Positions 57,055 to 64,000 of a stretch of 64,000 nt of DNA are shown here, one piece after another. The stretch spans positions 23,020 to 87,019 of the forward strand of contig JBGAVM010000009.1 in the NCBI GenBank assembly GCA_044228125.1. Direction: 5' to 3'. Every line of letters starts with the position of its first letter. The first letter of the stretch is position 1. Position numbers and translations under genes: made by a program. The notes below the pieces were generated by a model that did no database searches, was not told the DNA's origin, and was given only the letters and a program-made list of their open reading frames with translations. This DNA comes from Methylophilus sp. GTDB lineage: Bacteria > Pseudomonadota > Gammaproteobacteria > Burkholderiales > Methylophilaceae.

Positions 57055-57544
57055 TGCTTTTGTCGCGCTGGGCAGCAATCTCCCGGGCAATCTTGACAGC
57101 CCTGCGAGCCAGATTCTACGCGGCTTCCAGGCCATCGAAAAATTACCGAAAACCAGGCTGGTCAAACGTTCTAGCCTGTATCAAAGCACGCCGGTAGGTT
57201 ATGACAACCAACCTGACTTCATCAACGCGGTTGCACAGGTGCGAACGGAACTGTCTGCCATAGCGCTTTTGGATGCGTTGTTGGAAATAGAACAACAGGT
57301 TGGGCGCGAACGGCCTTTCCCCAACGCGCCGCGCGTGCTGGATCTGGACTTGCTGCTGTATGATGATTTGGAAATGCAGACGGTAAAACTCACCTTGCCG
57401 CATCCGCGCATGTGCGAACGCAGCTTTGTCATGTTGCCATTGGCTGAAATCGTATCGGATTTACACATCGCCAAACGCGGGAGTGTTGTAGAATTACTCG
57501 AAAAGCTAGACGTTTCAGGCATTAAACTTTATGAATATATTTGA
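57047..57544 (+). CDS. folK: HPPK
   Basis: ALGSNL, FINAV, PRVLDLDLL and LPHPR motifs. Confidence 0.95.
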   Translation: MHNAFVALGSNLPGNLDSPASQILRGFQAIEKLPKTRLVKRSSLYQSTPVGYDNQPDFINAVAQVRTELSAIALLDALLEIEQQVGRERPFPNAPRVLDLDLLLYDDLEMQTVKLTLPHPRMCERSFVMLPLAEIVSDLHIAKRGSVVELLEKLDVSGIKLYEYI

Positions 57545-58178
57545 ACGCTTCCCTTACATCGTCATCGAAGGCCCCATCGGCAGCGGGAAGAGCACCTTGG
57601 CTAGTATGCTAGCTGACAAATTCCAGGCACACTTGCTGAGTGAAAAGGCAGAGGTCAACCCTTTTCTACCGCGCTTCTATCAGGATGCCCAGCGCTACGC
57701 GTTGCCCACACAACTGTTCTTCCTGTTTCAGCGCAGCGGGCAAATAAGTGAGCTGAATCAACGTGATATGTTCAACAAACCCACGGTAGCAGATTTCTTT
57801 CTGGAAAAAGACCCGATTTTCGCCCGGCTGAATCTAGACGATGAAGAGTACGCGCTGTATCACCAGATTTACACGCATCTGCAGCTGAAATCTCCCAAGC
57901 CGGATCTGGTAGTGTACCTGCAGACACCAGTGGACGAACTGGCCGGGCGCATCGAGGAGCGCAACATCAGCTATGAACAGGACATCCCGCGCGAGTATCT
58001 GGAACGCTTGTCCGATGCCTACAGTGAGTATTTCCACCAGTATGACGTGTCTCCTTTGCTTATCGTCAACAACGAAAAACTCAATATCATCAAGGACACA
58101 GAAGCGCTTAATCTGCTGATTGACAGGATTGGCCAGATCAAAAGCAGCCGTGAGTATTTCAACCCGAATTTTGAATAG
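57531..58178 (+). CDS. Deoxynucleoside kinase
   Basis: IEGPIGSGKST, QLFFLFQR and PDLVVYL motifs. Confidence 0.92.
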   Translation: MNIFERFPYIVIEGPIGSGKSTLASMLADKFQAHLLSEKAEVNPFLPRFYQDAQRYALPTQLFFLFQRSGQISELNQRDMFNKPTVADFFLEKDPIFARLNLDDEEYALYHQIYTHLQLKSPKPDLVVYLQTPVDELAGRIEERNISYEQDIPREYLERLSDAYSEYFHQYDVSPLLIVNNEKLNIIKDTEALNLLIDRIGQIKSSREYFNPNFE

Positions 58179-58196
58179 TTCATAAGAGGGGCGCGC

Positions 58197-60098
58197 ATGG
58201 ATTTACAAAAATATGATTCGCTAATCACCTCTCTGGAACAAAAAGCGCAACAAGATCCCCGCACCTACCTCAACAAAGTCATCGCAGTGGCTCTATTGGG
58301 CTTTGTCGTATTGGTTGTCGCCATACTGATAGCACTCTCGCCATTACTTTTACTCGCAGGCGTGGTCTGGCTTACCCTCATTACCAAGGGGAAAGCGGCT
58401 TTCTTTTTGCTCAAACTGGGTAAGCTGATTATTTTGCTGCTCATTCCAGCCTGGTATATGATCAAAGCTTCGATCCAGATGTTGTTTGCCCGCTTTCCGG
58501 CGCCCGTTGGGCACGAAATTACCGCAAAAGACGCCCCCAGACTGTTCAGCCGTATCAAGGCGCTACGCAAAAAGATGCATGGTCCACCCATCCATCATGT
58601 ATTGATGACCGATGAAGTCAATGCCGCCATTGTGCAGCATCCCAAACTGGGCCTGTTCGGCTGGGAACGTAATTACCTGATTCTGGGGCTGCCGTTGATG
58701 CAAGCCACCAGCGAGGAGGAAACCCTTGCGGTCATTGCGCATGAATACGGCCACTTGTCCGGACACCATAGCAGACTGGGCGGATTTATTTACCGCCTGC
58801 GCTCCACCTGGGGCCGATTACAGGATATCTCCGAAGGCTGGCAGGACTGGGGCTCCCAGCTGGTGGCAAAGCTGTTCCGCTGGTATGCGCCTTATTTCAA
58901 CGCTTACACTTTCGTGTTTGCGCGGCAGAACGAATACGTGGCCGACCAGAACTCGGTAGAGCTGGTTGGCGCAAAACACACAGCCAATGCGCTGATGCGC
59001 ATCAATGTCGCCGCGCAGTTTGAACACAATGAATTCTGGCTGGCCGTGGACAAGATGGCAGGCCAGCATGCTGAACCGTTGCCGCGTAAGAGTGAGTTCT
59101 GGGCCAACTCGCTGCGCACGCAGCTGGATGACACAAAGCGTGCCATGTATCTGGAAAAGGCTGGTAAAGTCAAAACCGACCACCACGATACACACCCAGC
59201 GATCTCGGATCGCCTGCAGGCGATCGGCGTGGACTTGCAACAAACCCTGATTGCCAGTCTCGCCCCTCCGGCACACAGTGCTGCCGAAGTGTTGCTCGGA
59301 GACTCGCTAAAAAAGTTGAGCGACCAGCTGGATACCGAGTGGAAAAAGAACGTATCGCAGCGCTGGCATGAGCGCCATACTTACCTGAAAGAGCGCAAAC
59401 AAACATTTGCCGAACTGGAAGCCAAGCCCGAACTTGACGAACAGGAAGCCTGGGACAAGATTGTGCTAACAGAAGAGCTGGCGCCGCAAACGCCTATGCT
59501 ACCTATGGTGCAAGCTTTTCTGGTACAGTATCCACAGCATTTGCGCGCACGTTACCGCCGCGGTGTTTTATTACTGGAAGAAGATAACGAGGCGGGCATA
59601 GAAGATCTCGAATATGTTATGTCCAGCGAAAAAGAAGCAACACTTTCCTGTTGCGAGGAGGCGTGGCGTTTTTATCTGGACAAGGACAAAATCAAGGCGC
59701 AAAACTACCTGGATCGCTGGAACGAGCGTAACGACTTTCTCAATCAGATCGCAGCGGAAGTCGGAAACATTTCGCCAGACGACGACCTTACGCAACACGA
59801 CCTGAATGCAGAAGAGGAAGCTGCCATTTCCCAACTGGTGTGTAGCAATACAAAGCACATTAAAAAGGTCTACCTGTTGCGCCGCCTGATCAAATCCGAT
59901 CCGACACAGCGCGCCTATATTATCGGCTTTGAAGCAAAAACGTTAACCCTGACTGACAAAAGCGATACTATTCTGGACAACTTGGCCACGCACGAGTATC
60001 CGGTTGCGGTACATATCGTCAACCTGAAGCACTCTGCCTACGGCAAATTTCACAAAACCGTGAAAAAACTGGGCGTTCGACCTATTTTTGAGGCATGA
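58197..60098 (+). CDS. M48 (HtpX-like) membrane metallopeptidase with C-terminal extension
   Basis: TM helices; AHEYGH, RQNEYVAD and THP..SDR motifs. Confidence 0.88.
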   Translation: MDLQKYDSLITSLEQKAQQDPRTYLNKVIAVALLGFVVLVVAILIALSPLLLLAGVVWLTLITKGKAAFFLLKLGKLIILLLIPAWYMIKASIQMLFARFPAPVGHEITAKDAPRLFSRIKALRKKMHGPPIHHVLMTDEVNAAIVQHPKLGLFGWERNYLILGLPLMQATSEEETLAVIAHEYGHLSGHHSRLGGFIYRLRSTWGRLQDISEGWQDWGSQLVAKLFRWYAPYFNAYTFVFARQNEYVADQNSVELVGAKHTANALMRINVAAQFEHNEFWLAVDKMAGQHAEPLPRKSEFWANSLRTQLDDTKRAMYLEKAGKVKTDHHDTHPAISDRLQAIGVDLQQTLIASLAPPAHSAAEVLLGDSLKKLSDQLDTEWKKNVSQRWHERHTYLKERKQTFAELEAKPELDEQEAWDKIVLTEELAPQTPMLPMVQAFLVQYPQHLRARYRRGVLLLEEDNEAGIEDLEYVMSSEKEATLSCCEEAWRFYLDKDKIKAQNYLDRWNERNDFLNQIAAEVGNISPDDDLTQHDLNAEEEAAISQLVCSNTKHIKKVYLLRRLIKSDPTQRAYIIGFEAKTLTLTDKSDTILDNLATHEYPVAVHIVNLKHSAYGKFHKTVKKLGVRPIFEA

Positions 60099-60915
60099 AA
60101 GATTGAATCCCTGCATAAGAAAACTCAATGAATCCATTGCCCATGGCGAGAAAATCGCCATGCTCACCTGCTATGATGCCACTTTCGCCAAACTGATGGA
60201 ATTGGCGGGCGTAGATGTGCTGCTGGTAGGCGATTCGCTGGGCATGGTGCTGCAAGGCGCGGAAAACACGCTGCACGTCACCATGGAACAAATGGTTTAC
60301 CACGTTAAATGCGTGGCCGCAGGCGCGCCCGACACCTTGATTCTGGCCGACATGCCCGTCAACACCTATGAATTCGGCAAAGCACTGGCGCTGGAAAACG
60401 CACAACTACTCATCGAAGCCGGTGCGCACATGGTCAAGTTCGAAGGTGGTGGCAAACTAGTGGAAACCGCGCGCCACCTGGTTGAGCACGGCATTCCAAT
60501 GTGCGCGCACCTGGGCTTTACGCCACAATCGGTGGAGAAACTAGGCGGCTACAAGATTCAAGGCAAAACGCCGGAATCGGCACAACAGATTTTAAACGAC
60601 GCGCAAGCCATGAAAGACGCGGGCGCCAGTCTGGTGCTGCTGGAAATGGTACCCGCCGCGCTGGCCAAACAAGTCACCGCCATCGCGCCCACCATCGGCA
60701 TTGGCGCGGGTGTGGATTGCAGCGGACAAGTACTGGTGCTGCAAGATTTATTGGGCGTCTACAACGGCCCCGCCAGTAAAAAGCCGGAAGATTACAAAGC
60801 GCCGCGCTTTGCCAAAAACTTCTTGCAGGAAACCAACAGCGTGCAACAAGCGGTTGCAAATTATGTCGCCGCCGTGAAAAACCAGACTTTCCCCTCACCC
60901 GAGCACAGTTATTAA
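60088..60915 (+). CDS. panB: Ketopantoate hydroxymethyltransferase
   Basis: TCYDA, LVGDSLGM, HLGFTPQ and IGIGAG..CSGQVLV motifs; start uncertain. Confidence 0.95.
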   Translation: MRHERLNPCIRKLNESIAHGEKIAMLTCYDATFAKLMELAGVDVLLVGDSLGMVLQGAENTLHVTMEQMVYHVKCVAAGAPDTLILADMPVNTYEFGKALALENAQLLIEAGAHMVKFEGGGKLVETARHLVEHGIPMCAHLGFTPQSVEKLGGYKIQGKTPESAQQILNDAQAMKDAGASLVLLEMVPAALAKQVTAIAPTIGIGAGVDCSGQVLVLQDLLGVYNGPASKKPEDYKAPRFAKNFLQETNSVQQAVANYVAAVKNQTFPSPEHSY

Positions 60916-60926
60916 CCGCGAGGTAA

Positions 60927-61517
60927 ATGATGAAGAAAATCTTGAGCCTGCTTTTATTGTTGGGATTATACAGCGTCTCTTTACCTAGCCACGCTGAAAA
61001 GTTGGGCGGCGCTTGTGGAATTGTCAGAAACCAAGGACACGCCTTTTCTATGACCGCCCCTAAAGGCTGGATTATCGATTCCGAATCCGGCGCCAAATTC
61101 AGAATAGGATTGGTATTTTACCCAGTAGGCACAGAGTGGGGGAAAGGCGATGTGATGCTTTATGTGCGTACCCGTCCTAAAATCGGCGCAGTTAAAACCA
61201 TAGACCAACAAATCGAATATACATTAAACGACTATCACTCCAATGGTCACCCCAATTATAAATTGGAAGAAAAAACTACTTATAAACTCAACAATGGAGC
61301 TTCGGCGACTATCACCAAATTTAGCGGTGACAGCTGGAACAATTATGAAATGATAGGTTACCTGGATGAAGAAAATGTCATTAACTTTCTTGTCCTAAAT
61401 GCGCGTAACAAAGCCGCATTTGATACATCACAAGAGACCTTCTTTCAGATACTTGATTCCTACCGATATGTCACGGATGTGTCATCCGAATATTTGAATC
61501 AATGCAAAGAAAAATAA
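60927..61517 (+). CDS. Exported hypothetical protein inserted in the pan operon
   Basis: Signal peptide, GAGG RBS, AT-richer codons. Confidence 0.75.
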   Translation: MMKKILSLLLLLGLYSVSLPSHAEKLGGACGIVRNQGHAFSMTAPKGWIIDSESGAKFRIGLVFYPVGTEWGKGDVMLYVRTRPKIGAVKTIDQQIEYTLNDYHSNGHPNYKLEEKTTYKLNNGASATITKFSGDSWNNYEMIGYLDEENVINFLVLNARNKAAFDTSQETFFQILDSYRYVTDVSSEYLNQCKEK

Positions 61518-61523
61518 GCTGTT

Positions 61524-62396
61524 ATGCAACTCATTCACACCATCGCCGAACTCCGCACACAGCTTGCCTTGCAGGGCAGTCAAAAATCCTCGCAGAAAAA
61601 TGTAGCATTTGTGCCGACCATGGGCAATCTGCATGCCGGGCATATCGGCCTGGTGGAAATCGCCAAGCAGCATACTAAGACGGTGGTAGTGAGCATTTTT
61701 GTGAACCCGTTGCAGTTTGGCGCGAATGAGGATTTTGGCAAATACCCGCGCACTTTGCAGGCCGATTGCGAGAAATTACAGGCGGCTGGCGCGGACATCG
61801 TGTTTGCGCCAGCTGTAGAAGAAATGTATCCCGACTTTGATGGTAAAAGTCTCCACCAGACGATGACGATTACCCCGCCGCCCTTGGCCGATACACTCTG
61901 CGGCGCAAGCCGCCCCGGCCACTTTGCGGGCGTGGCCACGGTGGTCGCAAAACTCTTTAATATTGTGCAGCCTGATGTCGCCGTGTTCGGCAAAAAGGAT
62001 TTTCAGCAACTGTTGGTGATTAAAGCGCTGGTGAAGCAGTTCAACTTGCCTATCGAGATTATCGCTGCCGAAACCACGCGCGAAGCCGACGGCCTGGCCA
62101 TGAGCAGCCGCAACGGTTATTTGAGTGCGGAAGAGCGCAAAAAAGCGATTGAACTCAATCAGGCGCTACGCGATGTCCTACACAACATATCCTCTGGAAG
62201 CCGCGATTTTACTGGCTTGCAGGCCGATGCCGAAAAGGCGCTGCGCACAAAAGGCTGGCTGGTGGATTACATTGCGGTGCGTAGCGCTGCAGATTTATCC
62301 GCACCCCAACCAGACGACAAACACTTGGTGGTGCTGGGCGCGGCCAAGCTGGGCAACACGCGCTTGATCGATAATCTCGAAATCCGGTTAAAGTAA
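61524..62396 (+). CDS. panC: Pantoate-beta-alanine ligase
   Basis: PTMGNLHAGH, FVNPLQF, FGKKDFQQ and GLAMSSRN motifs. Confidence 0.96.
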   Translation: MQLIHTIAELRTQLALQGSQKSSQKNVAFVPTMGNLHAGHIGLVEIAKQHTKTVVVSIFVNPLQFGANEDFGKYPRTLQADCEKLQAAGADIVFAPAVEEMYPDFDGKSLHQTMTITPPPLADTLCGASRPGHFAGVATVVAKLFNIVQPDVAVFGKKDFQQLLVIKALVKQFNLPIEIIAAETTREADGLAMSSRNGYLSAEERKKAIELNQALRDVLHNISSGSRDFTGLQADAEKALRTKGWLVDYIAVRSAADLSAPQPDDKHLVVLGAAKLGNTRLIDNLEIRLK

Positions 62397-62572
62397 TCCT
62401 TACGTGCGCTCATGCGTTCATTATCTGTAGCATTGCCCTGTGAGCCAGCCTGGATGCGGCTTCCAGGCCGATACTGTGCGCAATGAAAAACACTTTGATA
62501 CAAAATATTTTTTGCGCTAAGCTGTTGATAACTTTATAATTGCATCCCTTTTAACGATATTGGCGACACCGC

Positions 62573-62953
62573 ATGCAAAGAACGATGTTAAAGTCCAAGC
62601 TCCACCGCGTCCACGTGACGCATAGCGAGCTGCATTACGAAGGCAGTTGTGCCATCGACGAGGCGTTGCTGGAAGCCGCCAATATCCGCGAGTACGAGCA
62701 GATTAGCATCTACAACGTGACCAATGGCGAGCGCTTCAGCACTTATGCGATTCGCGCCGAGCGTAATTCCGGCATCATTTCCGTCAACGGCGCTGCCGCC
62801 CACAAAGCGCACCCCAAAGACATCATCATCATCGCCAGCTACGCTAATTACAGCGAGCTGGAGCTGGAAAAATACGCACCGCAACTGGTGTATGTAGATA
62901 CCCAGAACCGCATTTTGCACGCCAAACGTGAAATCCCTGTCCAGGCAGCATAA
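62573..62953 (+). CDS. panD: Aspartate 1-decarboxylase
   Basis: KSKLHR, YEG|SCAID cleavage site and NGAAA motif. Confidence 0.97.
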   Translation: MQRTMLKSKLHRVHVTHSELHYEGSCAIDEALLEAANIREYEQISIYNVTNGERFSTYAIRAERNSGIISVNGAAAHKAHPKDIIIIASYANYSELELEKYAPQLVYVDTQNRILHAKREIPVQAA

Positions 62954-62956
62954 TTT

Positions 62957-63370
62957 ATGAGTTTAGAACAAGTTATAGGCGCGGCAATGAGCCCGGAAGC
63001 CATTCGGGACGCTGTTATAAGTCCTGATGAAATCAAGGACGCCGTTGTGAGTGCGCTGGAAGACGTCAAGGGCTTTGACATCAGCGTACTGGATGTACGC
63101 AACATGACCAGCCTGACCAGTTACATGATTGTGTGCAGCGGCAACTCCAGCCGCCAAACCAAGGCGCTGGCTGACAATGTGTGCGAGAAGCTGAAAGAAA
63201 AAGGCGTTGACACACGCGGTATCGAAGGCGAAAAAGAAGGCGAATGGGTGCTGGTGGACTTGGGCGATGTGATTGTCCATGTCATGGTGCCTGCTACCCG
63301 CGCCTACTACAATCTGGAACAGCTCTGGACACAGGGCGAAACCCGCCGCACTGGCACAAAAGCGGCTTAA
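62957..63370 (+). CDS. rsfS: Ribosome silencing factor
   Basis: EDVKG.DI and [14 protein letters not shown]...YYNLEQLW motifs. Confidence 0.93.
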   Translation: MSLEQVIGAAMSPEAIRDAVISPDEIKDAVVSALEDVKGFDISVLDVRNMTSLTSYMIVCSGNSSRQTKALADNVCEKLKEKGVDTRGIEGEKEGEWVLVDLGDVIVHVMVPATRAYYNLEQLWTQGETRRTGTKAA

Positions 63371-63382
63371 ACACTCACTTCC

Positions 63383-63847
63383 ATGAAATTGCGCATCATC
63401 TCGGTCGGCCATAAAATGCCCGGCTGGGTGACTGATGCCTGCGCGGAATATACCAAGCGCATGCCGCGCGAGCTGCAAATCGATATCATCGAAATCAAAC
63501 CGGACAAACGCAGCGACATCAAAAGCGAGGCCGTGCAAGAAGCCGAGGCCAAACGTATTCTGGAAGCGGTGGGTAAAGATTTTCTGATCGCTTGTGACGA
63601 GCGCGGGCAGGAAGTCTCCACGCTACAACTGGCCGAAAAGCTGAAATCCTGGCAAACGCTGGGGCGCGATGTCAGCATCGTAATTGGTGGAGCGGATGGC
63701 CTGCACGCCAGCCTGAAACAGCGCGCAGATTGGCTGTGGGGCCTTTCCAAACTCACCCTCCCTCATGCCTTTGTGCGCGTATTGCTGTGCGAGCAGCTTT
63801 ACCGCGCCCACACGGTCATTCAAGGCCATCCTTATCACCGCGAATAA
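63383..63847 (+). CDS. rlmH: 23S rRNA pseudouridine-1915 methyltransferase
   Basis: IGGADG, LTLPH and EQLYRA...GHPYHRE motifs. Confidence 0.96.
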   Translation: MKLRIISVGHKMPGWVTDACAEYTKRMPRELQIDIIEIKPDKRSDIKSEAVQEAEAKRILEAVGKDFLIACDERGQEVSTLQLAEKLKSWQTLGRDVSIVIGGADGLHASLKQRADWLWGLSKLTLPHAFVRVLLCEQLYRAHTVIQGHPYHRE

Positions 63848-64000
63848 CCTGCTGTCACTGCCATTTTTCTGACATCCTTGTTGCCGATTCTGCATCATCC
63901 TTCCCTCAAAGCAAGAAAAACCCTCAAAACCACCTCAATAAAAGCAGTTTCTAACCGTTATTGAGGTTATATCGGCATGGCATGCTATTTGTACAAATAC

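Noticed and set aside
1-64000. CRISPR array, rRNA, retron/DGR reverse transcriptase, IS transposase
   Set aside because: No regularly spaced repeat-spacer array, rRNA-like segment, RT motif or DDE transposase ORF was seen.

Overview
Betaproteobacterial chromosome segment, probably Methylophilaceae (inferred from the PqqA peptide [23 protein letters not shown] and the core gene order). Bases 8-31976 are a ~32 kb island integrated at the 3' end of a tRNA(CAU) gene and bounded by an exact 61-bp direct repeat. Its backbone resembles a capsid-less phage satellite (PICI/P4-like): P4-type integrase, AlpA-like HTH genes, a zinc-finger primase fragment, a DUF3987/YfjI protein and iteron-like repeats. 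The cargo comprises an Avs2-like STAND NTPase with no obvious effector domain, a thermonuclease, a SOUL protein, an extra pqqA, a NemR-regulated oxidoreductase operon, nemA-arsR, an MpaR-like MocR/sulfite reductase/DUF934/CcoG module, a small second tyrosine recombinase and an S8 autotransporter. The most notable observation is a family of about nine ~30-bp imperfect dyad sites. They lie at the boundaries of the cargo modules and on both sides of the small recombinase, which suggests an integron-like but non-integron cassette system. Bases ~32000-64000 are mostly housekeeping genes (pqqA, ompR/envZ-like pair, cysG, miaB-phoH-ybeY-corC, mscL, lnt, glyQS, gmhB, plsC, ilvE, murI, pcnB-folK-dnk-panBCD, rsfS-rlmH), with a few MITE/REP-like repeats, single-gene insertions and a 135-bp tandem duplication at ilvE. 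All protein calls come from motif recognition by eye; no database search was run.
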